The notes: generated from the letters alone by a model not told the origin. Shown: positions 1-9,027, counted from the stretch's first letter. The stretch: DNA of 64,000 nt from an uncultured Clostridia bacterium (GCA_944364615.1 CALVWF010000003.1:26428-90427); one strand, 5' to 3'. A program made the numbers and translations.

Positions 1-2
1 AG

Positions 3-1079
3 TTGCTCATTGATGCGGGCGGAACCAATTTCCGCAGTGCCGTAGGCTATTTCGACGGTACTAAAGTGGTGTTGGAAGATATGGAAAAAACACGTATGCC
101 CGCTTCAGACCGTGTGCTTGACAAAGAAAGTTTTTACGACGCTATAGCGCAAAACGTAAAGCGTCTGCTGAAAAAGTGCGGTGACGTAGGATTTTGTTTT
201 TCTTATCAGGTAGATATGGACAGCGACGTGGACGGAACGGTCAAGTTGTTTGCCAAGGAAGTCAAGGCTCCGGAAGTCATAGGTACGAGAGTGGGTCGCT
301 GTACGCTTGACGCCATTGCCAAGTATGACGACACTCCGAGAAAGATTGTCATTTTAAACGATACGGTAGCAACCCTGCTGGGCGGTGTGGCGATAAACAA
401 CAATGCGCGTAAATTTCAGTCTTACATCGGTTTTATATTCGGCACGGGCGTCAATCTGTGCTATCTCGAAGATACTTCCAGAATCGTCAAGAAACCCGGT
501 CTCGAAGAAGGCAAGATGATAATCAACATCGAAGGAGGCAATTACGACGGAGTAAAACAGGGCGATTACGACAAAATAGTAGCCGACCGCACGGAGAATC
601 CACATCTTCAACTGTTTGAAAAGATGTCAAGCGGTAAATATCTTGCCGATATAATGTATTTGTGCCTGAAAGGCTATTGCGAAGAAGTCGGTTTCCTTCA
701 ACCTGTCAATCTCGGCACATTCGATCTTAAGGATGTTTCGGAATTCTTAAACGGCGACGAAAAACTAATCTTCAATATGTTCGGTTGTACAGAAGACCGA
801 ACCAATGCCAAAGAATTGTTGCGCGAACTTGTAGATCGTTCGGCACGTCTTGCCGCTATTATCAACGGCGCGGTTGCTCTGCGTGTGGGCAAGCCTAAGG
901 GGGATCCCGTTGCAATCGTAGCGGAAGGAACTACATTTTTCAAACTGACTGGTTTCAGAAATAATTTCGAAAGATATCTTGACAATATTTTAAATCCGCG
1001 CAAAATTCAGTACCGAATTTTGCAGGGTGAAGAACTCAATATGGTGGGTACGCTTGTTGCCACCATGGTAAAAGAGTAA
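3..1079 (+). CDS. hexokinase-family sugar kinase, 5' end cut by window edge
   Basis: ORF is open to base 3. Motifs LIDAGGTNFR, ILNDTVATLLGG, GFIFGTGVNLCY and INIEGGNYD are typical of the hexokinase fold. TAA stop at 1077-1079. Confidence 0.8.
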   Translation: MLIDAGGTNFRSAVGYFDGTKVVLEDMEKTRMPASDRVLDKESFYDAIAQNVKRLLKKCGDVGFCFSYQVDMDSDVDGTVKLFAKEVKAPEVIGTRVGRCTLDAIAKYDDTPRKIVILNDTVATLLGGVAINNNARKFQSYIGFIFGTGVNLCYLEDTSRIVKKPGLEEGKMIINIEGGNYDGVKQGDYDKIVADRTENPHLQLFEKMSSGKYLADIMYLCLKGYCEEVGFLQPVNLGTFDLKDVSEFLNGDEKLIFNMFGCTEDRTNAKELLRELVDRSARLAAIINGAVALRVGKPKGDPVAIVAEGTTFFKLTGFRNNFERYLDNILNPRKIQYRILQGEELNMVGTLVATMVKE

Positions 1080-1094
1080 TCGAGGAGTTTTTAA

Positions 1095-2897
1095 GTGACG
1101 CAATTATTCAATGCGGTGCAGAAACCGCATCAGTATACGGGCGGCGAGTACGGACTGCCGGATTTTAACAAAAAGTGCGATGTACGGTTTTGTATTTGCG
1201 TGCCCGACAGTTACGAAGTGGGAATGTCAAATCTTGGCATACGGATATTGTATTATCTACTCAATCAGCAGGACGGAGTAGTGTGCGAAAGATGCTTTGC
1301 TCCATGGGAAGATTACGTTGAGTATCTGAACAGCCGCGGAGAAAAACTGTGCTCGCTGGAAACTCGTACAAGTCTTGCGCAATTTGATTTTGTGGGGTTT
1401 TCGCTGCAATACGAAATGTGCTACTCCAATGTGTTTTACATGTTGAATTTGGCAGGTATTCCCCTTACGTGTGAAGAACGCGGTGAAAATTTTCCTTTAA
1501 TAGTGGCAGGCGGTCCCTGTGCAGTAAATATGGAGCCGATGTACAAGTACTTCGACATGATTTTTGTCGGTGAAGGGGAAAGTCCGTGGCCTCGTATTCT
1601 TGAAGATTACAAAAAAATGAAAGGCGTACGCAAAAGCGAATTTTTGCGTTACGTATCGGAAAATTATTCCTGCATATACGTTCCTTCTCTGTGGAATATA
1701 GAGTACGAAGGAGACGTTGTAAAAAGCATGCCCGACCGAAAGGTGGTCAGAAATATAGAAAAAGATCTCAATACCGTGTTTACGCCGGACAAACAATGGG
1801 TCCCTGGGCTTGAAATAGTGCATGACCGTGCGGTGCTGGAACTGTTCAGAGGATGCGCCAACGGTTGCAGGTTCTGCCAGGCGGGAATCATTTACCGACC
1901 GGTGAGAGAGCGTTCGGCGGAAAAATCATTTGAACTGTGCAAGAAACTTTTGGAATTTACAGGGTACAACGAACTGTCATTAAACAGTTTGTCGACGGGC
2001 GATTACAGTGGATTGGACTGTCTGCTCAAACAACTGCTGCCCTACGCACAGCAAAACAACGTCAAACTCAATTTGCCGAGCCTCAGACTGGACACTTTCA
2101 GAGGCGGATTTTCCGTAGGAAACCGCAAGAGTTCTCTTACCTTCGCGCCTGAAGCAGGTACGCAAAGATTGAGGGACGTCATCAATAAAAACATAACGGA
2201 AGACAACATTATGTCAACTTTGGAAGAGGCGTTCAGGCAAGGCTATTCTTCCGTAAAGTTGTATTTTATGATAGGTCTTCCTACCGAAACGGCTGAGGAT
2301 ATCGAGGGAATTTACAACATTGCCCGTCAGGTCAAGTCGTTGTATTCACGTACTAAAATGTCTAAAAAGCCGTTGCGTATCAGCGTATCGTGTTCTACTT
2401 TTATACCGAAGCCTTTTACTCCTTTTCAATGGGAGGCGTTTGACAGCCGTGAAAACGTGTCGGACAAGTTGGACTATCTGCGCGAAAAATTCCGTTCTCA
2501 GGGTATTGCCTTTGCCTACAACGATTACGATTGTTCTCTCATGGAGGCAGTGCTTGCGCGTGGCGGAAGAAGCATTGCCGACGCTATGGCGGAGGCTTTC
2601 CGAAAGGGCGCAAGGTTTGACGCTTGGTCCGAGTATTTTAAAGGTCAACTCTATTTCGACGCTTTTGACAAATTAGGCATAGACATTTCCAAGATAGTGG
2701 GGGCAAAGGACGTCGACGAATTGTTGCCATGGGATTTTGTCGATGTCGGCGTGGACAAAAGTTTTCTGGTACGTGAACGAAATAAAGCGTATTTGCAACA
2801 GACTACACCGTCATGTACGGTACAGTGCAATGCCTGCGGATTGCACAAAATGGGGTTTTGTAAATCCACGCACGGAAATGCGGGGTGGCAAAAATGA
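1095..2897 (+). CDS. radical SAM protein, TIGR03960-like (B12-binding-domain type)
   Basis: 600-aa ORF with a GTG start 7 nt after GAGGAG. CxxxCxxC cluster motif in LFRGCANGCRFCQAGIIYRP. An overlapping DUF2344 partner gene follows, as is usual for this family. Confidence 0.85.
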   Translation: MTQLFNAVQKPHQYTGGEYGLPDFNKKCDVRFCICVPDSYEVGMSNLGIRILYYLLNQQDGVVCERCFAPWEDYVEYLNSRGEKLCSLETRTSLAQFDFVGFSLQYEMCYSNVFYMLNLAGIPLTCEERGENFPLIVAGGPCAVNMEPMYKYFDMIFVGEGESPWPRILEDYKKMKGVRKSEFLRYVSENYSCIYVPSLWNIEYEGDVVKSMPDRKVVRNIEKDLNTVFTPDKQWVPGLEIVHDRAVLELFRGCANGCRFCQAGIIYRPVRERSAEKSFELCKKLLEFTGYNELSLNSLSTGDYSGLDCLLKQLLPYAQQNNVKLNLPSLRLDTFRGGFSVGNRKSSLTFAPEAGTQRLRDVINKNITEDNIMSTLEEAFRQGYSSVKLYFMIGLPTETAEDIEGIYNIARQVKSLYSRTKMSKKPLRISVSCSTFIPKPFTPFQWEAFDSRENVSDKLDYLREKFRSQGIAFAYNDYDCSLMEAVLARGGRSIADAMAEAFRKGARFDAWSEYFKGQLYFDAFDKLGIDISKIVGAKDVDELLPWDFVDVGVDKSFLVRERNKAYLQQTTPSCTVQCNACGLHKMGFCKSTHGNAGWQK

Positions 2898-3505
2898 CAA
2901 TCTACAAGTACAATAAAATGTATCCGCAAAGTCTGTCCGGACATGTCGACACTTTGCGTACGTTGATGCGTATCTTCCGACGTGCCAAAGCGGATGTAAC
3001 CTATTCCAAAGGGTACAATCCCCATATGGAAATTTTCTGTTCGCCGGCATTGGGACTGGGCACTGAAAGCCTTTGCGAGTACGTAGCGGTAAAAGGAGCG
3101 CCTTGCGCCATAGACATATTGAACAGCGTATCCGCACCGGGAATAAAATTCGTCGCATCTTTTACGACCGACGACGTGAACATTGCCGCTCTTGTAACAT
3201 CTGCCGTTTATGCTGTTCACTGCGCGGGAATAGCGGAAAAACAACAGATGTTTTGGGCAAAACCTTTCAATATAGTTCAGTCATCAAAAGAGGGCGACAA
3301 GATAAAGGATGTTTCATCCAAAATTTTCGGTGTGGAAGTGGTTGACAAGGACGACATTCTGATCAAGGTAGCATGCGGAAACGACAATTTGCGTCCCGAC
3401 AAACTTCTTCAGACGTTGAATTCTGACGATTACGGCATAGTTAAACAGCAGATGTTTATAGGCGAGTTGACGGTAGATGAGTATCTGTCTCAACGCACTA
3501 TGTAA
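2894..3505 (+). CDS. radical SAM-associated DUF2344 (TIGR03936-like) protein
   Basis: ATG at 2894 overlaps the upstream stop (ATGA). SGHVDTLRTLMRIFRRA...YSKGYNPHMEI fits the DUF2344 N-terminal signature. The GTG at 2885 is an alternative start. Confidence 0.75.
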   Translation: MTIYKYNKMYPQSLSGHVDTLRTLMRIFRRAKADVTYSKGYNPHMEIFCSPALGLGTESLCEYVAVKGAPCAIDILNSVSAPGIKFVASFTTDDVNIAALVTSAVYAVHCAGIAEKQQMFWAKPFNIVQSSKEGDKIKDVSSKIFGVEVVDKDDILIKVACGNDNLRPDKLLQTLNSDDYGIVKQQMFIGELTVDEYLSQRTM

Positions 3506-3679
3506 ATCGTAATTTATAATTTTCCTCAGAGGGCAAACATTACAAAACCTCTCAAATAAACTAAATTTGCGATGGAAGTAAGCCGTAGTTACGTTTATTT
3601 TATTACGCGGATTGTAAAACGTTGCGTTACAAATTTGAATTTTACGTCAATTCAAAAACATTCCGATCGACTACAAACA

Positions 3680-3716
3680 AAGCCGTACTCAACAGTTATC
3701 GAGTACGGGCTTTTTC
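3680..3716. terminator. intrinsic terminator between convergent genes
   Basis: Hairpin GCCGTACTC / GAGTACGGGC with a 10-nt loop, followed by TTTTT on plus and a T-rich tract on minus. It lies between the stop at 3505 (+) and the stop at 3726 (-). Confidence 0.7.
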
Positions 3717-3725
3717 TGAAAAGAT

Positions 3726-5123
3726 TCAGTTGTTTTTTACTGTCATATTTTGCGATTGTCTATCGGCTTCGAGTTTTTTAAATTTTTTAACCGCAAATGC
3801 GTATGCGGGCAACAATATCATGTCCGAACCGAGCCATGCTATCGGATTGGAAAGGCAGACGCCTACAAATCCTAAAATCTTCACCAGCACAAAGGCGGCG
3901 ACGCTGCGCATAGTCAGTTCCAGTATTCCGGCGACTACGGTTATACTGCTGTAATTTATTCCCTGTAACGAATTGCGGTAAACGTAGATTGCCATTAACA
4001 GTATGTAAAACGCTCCCTGATAACGTAGGTATTGCTGACACAGTTCTGTTTGCCGTACGGTTGCGGTGGATATAAACAGGTAGGTCATCTGCTTTCCTAA
4101 AAGAGACACTATCAACGTTGCAGCAACGGATATCAGTAATCCCAGAAGGGCGGATTGTCGTACTCCTTTACGCAATCTTTCGTATTGTTGTGCTCCGTAG
4201 TTTTGTCCGCAGTATGTTGCCATTGTCGTTCCCAATGCACAGATGGGTTGTATTGCAAGTTGGTCAATTCTCGAAGCGGCAGTGTATGCGGTCACTACAT
4301 CGTCACCCAAACTGTTTATCGCAGACTGTTGTATCATTATTCCTATTGCAATTGTTGAAAACTGAAATCCCATAGGTACCGCAAGTCTCATGTGCTTCAT
4401 GCAGAAGGAGAATGAAGTTTTCCAATCCTCTCTTTTTAACCTTATAAACGGGTATTTGATGAACATATATATCATACATGCAATTCCTGCAAGCAACTGA
4501 CTGAGTACAGTAGCCCAGCCTGCGCCGGCAATTCCCATATTAAAAGGCAGTATAAACAGAAAATCCAGACCTATATTTATCACGCACGCGACTATCAGAA
4601 AATACAGAGGTGTGCGCGAATCGCCCAGCGAACGCAGTATATATGCCACCATATTGTAAAGAATGCTTGCTCCTATTCCGTAAAAAATGGTGGAGATGTA
4701 ACTGTAAGAGTATTCGAAGTATTTTTCGGGAGTGTTTAACGCCTGCAACATCTGTCGCGTAAAAATTACGCTCAGTACCGTAAGTACTACGGTAACCGCT
4801 ATACACAGTATAAATGAAGTGGCAATGCTTTTGCGCACTTGGTTGTTGTCTTTCGCTCCGAAATACTGGCTGGTCACAACGGAAAAACCTGCCGTGATGC
4901 CTTGTGCAAAGCCCAGCACGAGAAATGACAGCGATCCTGTTATTCCCACTGCGGAAAAGCACGTCTGGCCAAGTGTTCGGTCAACGATTACAGCGTCCAC
5001 AATGCTGTAAAATTGCTGGAAAATAAAACCTATAAAAACGGGTATGGTAAAAAGCAGTATCTTTTTTAACGGTTTGCCCGTAGTAAGGTTGTTTTTGTCA
5101 GAAATTATTTTACTTTCGGTCAT
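3726..5123 (-). CDS. MATE family efflux transporter
   Basis: About 465-aa polytopic membrane ORF with a MATE-like N-terminus (KPLKKILLFTIPVFIGFIFQQFYSIVDAVIV). I moved the start to the ATG at 5123, because the GTG at 5159 lies only 4 nt from the predicted -10 box. Confidence 0.85.
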   Translation of the reverse strand: MTESKIISDKNNLTTGKPLKKILLFTIPVFIGFIFQQFYSIVDAVIVDRTLGQTCFSAVGITGSLSFLVLGFAQGITAGFSVVTSQYFGAKDNNQVRKSIATSFILCIAVTVVLTVLSVIFTRQMLQALNTPEKYFEYSYSYISTIFYGIGASILYNMVAYILRSLGDSRTPLYFLIVACVINIGLDFLFILPFNMGIAGAGWATVLSQLLAGIACMIYMFIKYPFIRLKREDWKTSFSFCMKHMRLAVPMGFQFSTIAIGIMIQQSAINSLGDDVVTAYTAASRIDQLAIQPICALGTTMATYCGQNYGAQQYERLRKGVRQSALLGLLISVAATLIVSLLGKQMTYLFISTATVRQTELCQQYLRYQGAFYILLMAIYVYRNSLQGINYSSITVVAGILELTMRSVAAFVLVKILGFVGVCLSNPIAWLGSDMILLPAYAFAVKKFKKLEADRQSQNMTVKNN

Positions 5124-5162
5124 ATAAGTATCTCTTTTAAAATTTATCTTTATTGCCACTAA

Positions 5163-5191
5163 ATTATACAGACATCTGACTTTATTTACAA
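5163..5191 (-). promoter_or_regulatory. sigma-A type promoter of the MATE gene
   Basis: Minus strand reads TTGTAA, 17 nt, TATAAT (-35 at 5186-5191, -10 at 5163-5168). Confidence 0.6.
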
Positions 5192-5200
5192 CTGTTTTCT

Positions 5201-5237
5201 TTACACAATACTGGCAAAAACTTGCACAATACTGACA
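5201..5237. repeat. two 16-nt direct repeats with 21-nt period just upstream of the MATE -35 box
   Basis: TTACACAATACTGGCA (5201-5216) and TTGCACAATACTGACA (5222-5237) match at 14 of 16 positions. They sit two helical turns apart. Confidence 0.6.
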
Positions 5238-5456
5238 TTCAGCGCTTTTGTCGGGTGTATTTTACTGTCCTAATAAATACATTTGAAATTAGTGCGGTAT
5301 TTAAAGTAAATAATGAAGATTGACTTTTTAGCGCAAGGGTGCTGCAAGTTATATCTGTATCTGTGCTTGAATACTTACGTACTGAAAAAGGTTAAAAACA
5401 ATTTCCAAACAATAAAAACTATTTGTCCGGTATTCGGTAAATGATGAATAAAGAAC

Positions 5457-5485
5457 AAAAAAATGCGGATCCGAATAGATCCGCA
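5457..5485 (-). terminator. intrinsic terminator of tRNA-Leu
   Basis: Minus strand reads TGCGGATC-TATTCG-GATCCGCA followed by TTTTTTT, starting 5 nt after the tRNA CCA end. Confidence 0.85.
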
Positions 5486-5490
5486 TCTGT

Positions 5491-5573
5491 TGGTGCGAGA
5501 TGTGAGACTTGAACTCACACGATTGCTCAAACGCCCCTTAAACGTTCGCGTCTGCCGATTCCGCCAATCTCGC
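5491..5573 (-). tRNA. tRNA-Leu, type II (long variable arm), anticodon loop TTAAGGG = anticodon AAG, CCA encoded
   Basis: Hand fold of the 83-nt sequence: perfect 7-bp acceptor GCGAGAT/ATCTCGC; D arm GCG..CGC; anticodon stem AACGT/GCGTT with 7-nt loop T-T-A-A-G-G-G; 11-nt variable arm; T arm GTGAG-TTCAAGT-CTCAC; discriminator A plus CCA. Confidence 0.9.
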
Positions 5574-5585
5574 AAAACTGGTAAT

Positions 5586-5614
5586 ATAATATATTTTTTT
5601 TGACAATTTGTCAA
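5586..5614 (-). promoter_or_regulatory. sigma-A type promoter of tRNA-Leu
   Basis: Minus strand reads TTGACA, 17 nt, TATTAT. The -10 box ends about 12 nt before tRNA position 1. Confidence 0.7.
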
Positions 5615-5662
5615 TTGTTTTAAATCAAATTGTACTAAAAAATGTTTACGGCGGTAAAGTGG

Positions 5663-6202
5663 TCAGTCGATAAGCAATTCTTCCAACTTGCTGTATACGA
5701 GCGGTGCCTTTTCCTGCCAGCTCTTTTCGATTTGCTTGGCAGTGCCACGCGTCATTACATTCAGACTGATTTCGAGAGTAGTCTTTGTAGCCTCGTCGAT
5801 ACGAAGAGTGACATTGTATGAACTGTCGGGACATTTGACGTAATTTGCCACGTAATCCTGACGTCTGCGATACTCTCTGCGTTTAAGATTGATGTGCTCG
5901 CTTATTATTTTGCGTACGCTTGACGGTATGCGGGTATAGAAATTCGCAAGACACACGCGTCCTTCGGTAGTAAGGTCGTAAAGGTCTTCGGTATCCTTGC
6001 CCATAGGTTTCGTTTTGTACACAAATCCGTTACTGACAATGTCTGCAAGCGTTTCTTTGCAGTTTGCAAAATCAATCCAATTGTTCTTGTAAGAACAAAG
6101 GTCAAGGACGGTACTTTCTGTCATTGCCGTTTCCATTTTGTCAAAGACAAACAGCAGTATCAACTTATTTGTGGTTTTATCTTGCGTAATACCGGCTTGC
6201 AT
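5663..6202 (-). CDS. DUF4364-like protein (putative winged-helix protein)
   Basis: 179-aa ORF with AAGGAGG 5 nt before the ATG. The N-terminus TNKLILLFVFDKMETAMTESTVLDL resembles the DUF4364 family by recollection only. Confidence 0.55.
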   Translation of the reverse strand: MQAGITQDKTTNKLILLFVFDKMETAMTESTVLDLCSYKNNWIDFANCKETLADIVSNGFVYKTKPMGKDTEDLYDLTTEGRVCLANFYTRIPSSVRKIISEHINLKRREYRRRQDYVANYVKCPDSSYNVTLRIDEATKTTLEISLNVMTRGTAKQIEKSWQEKAPLVYSKLEELLID

Positions 6203-6243
6203 AAGTGCCTCCTTGTCAAAATTGCTTTTTGAGAGCGTATGAT

Positions 6244-6272
6244 ATTATACTACAAATGTTTATTTCTAACAA
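6244..6272 (-). promoter_or_regulatory. sigma-A type promoter of the DUF4364-like gene
   Basis: Minus strand reads TTGTTA, 17 nt, TATAAT. Confidence 0.6.
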
Positions 6273-6300
6273 GAGTTTTAAGCAATTTGAAAAAAAATAC

Positions 6301-6329
6301 TTGGAAATAATTTTTCACTATGGTATAAT
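6301..6329 (+). promoter_or_regulatory. sigma-A type promoter of the 6358 gene
   Basis: TTGGAA, 17 nt, TATAAT, located 28 nt before the ATG. Confidence 0.6.
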
Positions 6330-6357
6330 TTTATAAAACGTACAGAGGAGGGCTTTT

Positions 6358-7119
6358 ATGAGCGAACGTAACGGACTGGCGTATTTCACAACTGCTGTCA
6401 ATCAGTTGATGGAGTGCAAGTTGATTTTGGTAGACAAACACATCGCCTCGCTGTTAAAATGCGTCACAAGCGTACCTCCGCTGACAAAATGTCTGTCAGA
6501 CACTTTAAAGACATCGAGTTACGTGACGGAATTTTCCCGAGCACGAGTTACATGGACGAAGAATGACGGCACTGTAGAGGCTAAACTTAAATTGCCTGCG
6601 GATAAAAACAGGCTGTTTGCATTTGTGGTCTGCCTGCTTGCCGAGGTAGACAGCGGAAGACGAAACTTTATAGAATTTTTAAAGGAATACTACTACGACT
6701 CTGACAGCAACATCAGTTACGAGATGTTTGTAAATGAGGTACTAAAACCTTTTAAAAGAGCAGGGGAAAATATATTGCGTTCGGTGGATCCCGACAGCCT
6801 TGACATCGAAGCGCAGGAACGTGCGGAAAAGTTTTTCTATGCGCAAAGAATGTACATCAACAGTGAATCCCTGCACTTTGTTTTAGGACAGGTGGAAACG
6901 GTCAGAGGACTGCTTGAAAGAGAAACGTTTTCAAGCGAAAATGAGCGAATAGATGCTGTTACCATATGCAATGCTATGACTAACGCTTTGCAGTTAAAGA
7001 ATCCCAAGATACTACGATTCGTGTGGATAGGTTTCAAGTATACAATGCGCAACTATCCTTCCACGAGAGAAGTAATGGCGGTAATAGCATCCACTTTGGA
7101 AAAAGAAGGTATAGCCTGA
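6358..7119 (+). CDS. hypothetical protein (253 aa)
   Basis: ORF with AGAGGAGGG 6 nt before the ATG, its own promoter and its own terminator. I recognise no motif. Confidence 0.65.
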   Translation: MSERNGLAYFTTAVNQLMECKLILVDKHIASLLKCVTSVPPLTKCLSDTLKTSSYVTEFSRARVTWTKNDGTVEAKLKLPADKNRLFAFVVCLLAEVDSGRRNFIEFLKEYYYDSDSNISYEMFVNEVLKPFKRAGENILRSVDPDSLDIEAQERAEKFFYAQRMYINSESLHFVLGQVETVRGLLERETFSSENERIDAVTICNAMTNALQLKNPKILRFVWIGFKYTMRNYPSTREVMAVIASTLEKEGIA

Positions 7120-7125
7120 ACTTTA

Positions 7126-7150
7126 AGCCCGGTATTTACCGGGTTTTGTT
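7126..7150 (+). terminator. intrinsic terminator
   Basis: CCCGGT-ATTT-ACCGGG followed by TTTTGTT, 7 nt after the stop. Confidence 0.75.
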
Positions 7151-7669
7151 ACGTTACGGCTATGGGCTAAAGTTTTGTTGATGTAAATCGTGGATCTGCT
7201 TACAGTAGCGCAAAATAAACACTCTTTTGATCTCACGCAAATTAAAGACGATAGAATTTTATAATTCAGTCTTATACCAATAAAAAACGATAAGCAAATG
7301 TTTCGCTTCAGCCTCTACACTCTGTTTGCATTTGTGTTGCGTATTAAGCGGAATTACGCAATTGCGGTTAACCTTTAGGCAACTTTTCGACAAATCGGCA
7401 GCGTCGACGTAATTATTGCCACCGTCAGATAAGCAACGTAAGTAACAGGTTTTTACGGGCGTATGCGGTATTGCGTCGCTTGATACACGTCGCTAAAGAG
7501 CATTGTTTACAATATACAAAATGGAGTTTACAGGTTGACTCAATGTTTGTAGGTTAAAATATAAAATTGTTCTGATTTTCCATTAAAGTGATGGAGATTT
7601 TTATTGACAAATAATTCAATTCGGTTTCCGAGATAACAGGATTCCGATGCAGATTTTAGGAGATTTGAA

Positions 7670-8608
7670 ATGAAGAGAAATGCAATTAAAGTATTGTGAG
7701 TGTTACTGGGAACGATCGCTTCCCTGTCATGTGTACTGATTGTCACGTCCGCTTGCGCGGCTAAATTCAAAATCGAGTTTTATGACGACACGAACATAGT
7801 TGAAACTTTAAGCACTTACGGTAACGAGACAATACAATTGCCGGAAGCACCTGCTAAATCGGGCTTTGTTTTCGTGGGTTGGTATTTTGACAAAGGAACT
7901 TGGAAAGACCGACTTACTGAAGAAACATATAAAAACACTCAGTTAAAAGAAAACGTAAAAGTTTATGCTTATTATAAAAGCGACAGCGAGCAAACATTTA
8001 CCGTAACGTTTGAAACAAACGGCGGAAGTGCGGTGCAAAGCGTAACAACTGATGTAATCGAAGAAGAACCGCAAACGACCTACGAGGGACACGACTTTGC
8101 AGGTTGGTACACGGACAGCAACTTCACCGACAGAGTTAAATTCCCGTATACAGTTACGCAAAATATTACATTATACGCCAAGTGGACGGAAAAAATCGTT
8201 ACTCCCGTATTTGAGGTTAGTTCAGCCGGCGAACTGACAGCAGTCAGCAATACGGACGGATTGGATACAATTGTAATTCCCGAATACGTCAACGGTGTTA
8301 AGGTTGTAAAACTTGCAAACTATTTGTTCCGTTACAACACCGATCTCAAATCTCTGACTATACCTGACAGCGTGACATATATCGGTCTGGAACTGTGCGT
8401 AGGTTGCAGAAACCTCGAAAATGTAAATATTCCTGCCGGACTTTCGGTTATTCCTACCGGTATGTTTCGCGATTGTCCCAATCTTTCCTCAGTACAGTTG
8501 CCGTACGGACTGACGGCTATAAGTGCGGATGCGTTTATGAATACTGCCGTCATCGAAATCGTGCTTCCCGATACTGTTGTAATCATAGGTCAATTTGCGT
8601 TTGCTTAA
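7670..8608 (+). pseudogene. BspA-like LRR surface lipoprotein, decayed copy 1 (nonsense at codon 10, 3' truncated)
   Basis: AGGAG lies 7 nt before the ATG at 7670. The reading frame gives MKRNAIKVL-TGA(7697)-VLLGTIASLSCVLIVTSAC (lipobox). Listeria-Bacteroides (Flg_new) repeats with GWY..TLYAKW follow, then LRR_5 units. The ORF stops at QFAFA, where the intact paralog continues for about 400 more aa. Confidence 0.8.
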
Positions 8609-8662
8609 CCTCGCCCGAACACCTTTGAACAGCAATAATCATTGATTTTCCTCCTATATCTC

Positions 8663-8692
8663 GTACAGACGAGGCAAGCCGCGCGTCTGTAC
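8663..8692. other. 9-bp stem hairpin
   Basis: GTACAGACG (8663-8671) pairs with CGTCTGTAC (8684-8692) across a 12-nt loop. There is no clear T-run. Confidence 0.4.
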
Positions 8693-8896
8693 ATAATAAA
8701 TACCGGCAGGAAACATAATGGCCGCCTTTTGAAAGCGTTTACCGATTTCACAGAATAAACCAAAGCAATGTCGATTCGACAAGCCGCTTGGTTGGAGCGC
8801 GGCAGGAGGCGAGCGTTTTACGTGTATGCTGCGACCTGTTTGGATAAGACTCCCGATCGTCCGCATCTGTCGGTATGCCCCTTGTTCGACAAACGG

Positions 8897-8925
8897 TTGA
8901 GGAAAAGGGGAATATGTGTTATAAT
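8897..8925 (+). promoter_or_regulatory. sigma-A type promoter of the intact LRR gene
   Basis: TTGAGG, 17 nt, TATAAT, about 100 nt before the ATG at 9028. Confidence 0.55.
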
Positions 8926-9027
8926 ATCTGTTAATTGAGAAGTGATAGTTTACGGATCTCTATATAATAACGTCTGGCGCTGCTTTTATTAATGCGAAGC
9001 AGACGTTTGACCGCAGGGAGGTTACTG

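Noticed and set aside
7697-7699. TGA recoding (genetic code 4 or 25, or selenocysteine) as an explanation for the in-frame TGA in LRR copy 1.
   Set aside because: TGA clearly terminates many certain genes here, including the ATGA overlaps at 2894-2897, 37146-37149, 40967-40970 and 45805-45808. No SECIS-like hairpin follows. The gene is also 3' truncated, which fits decay.
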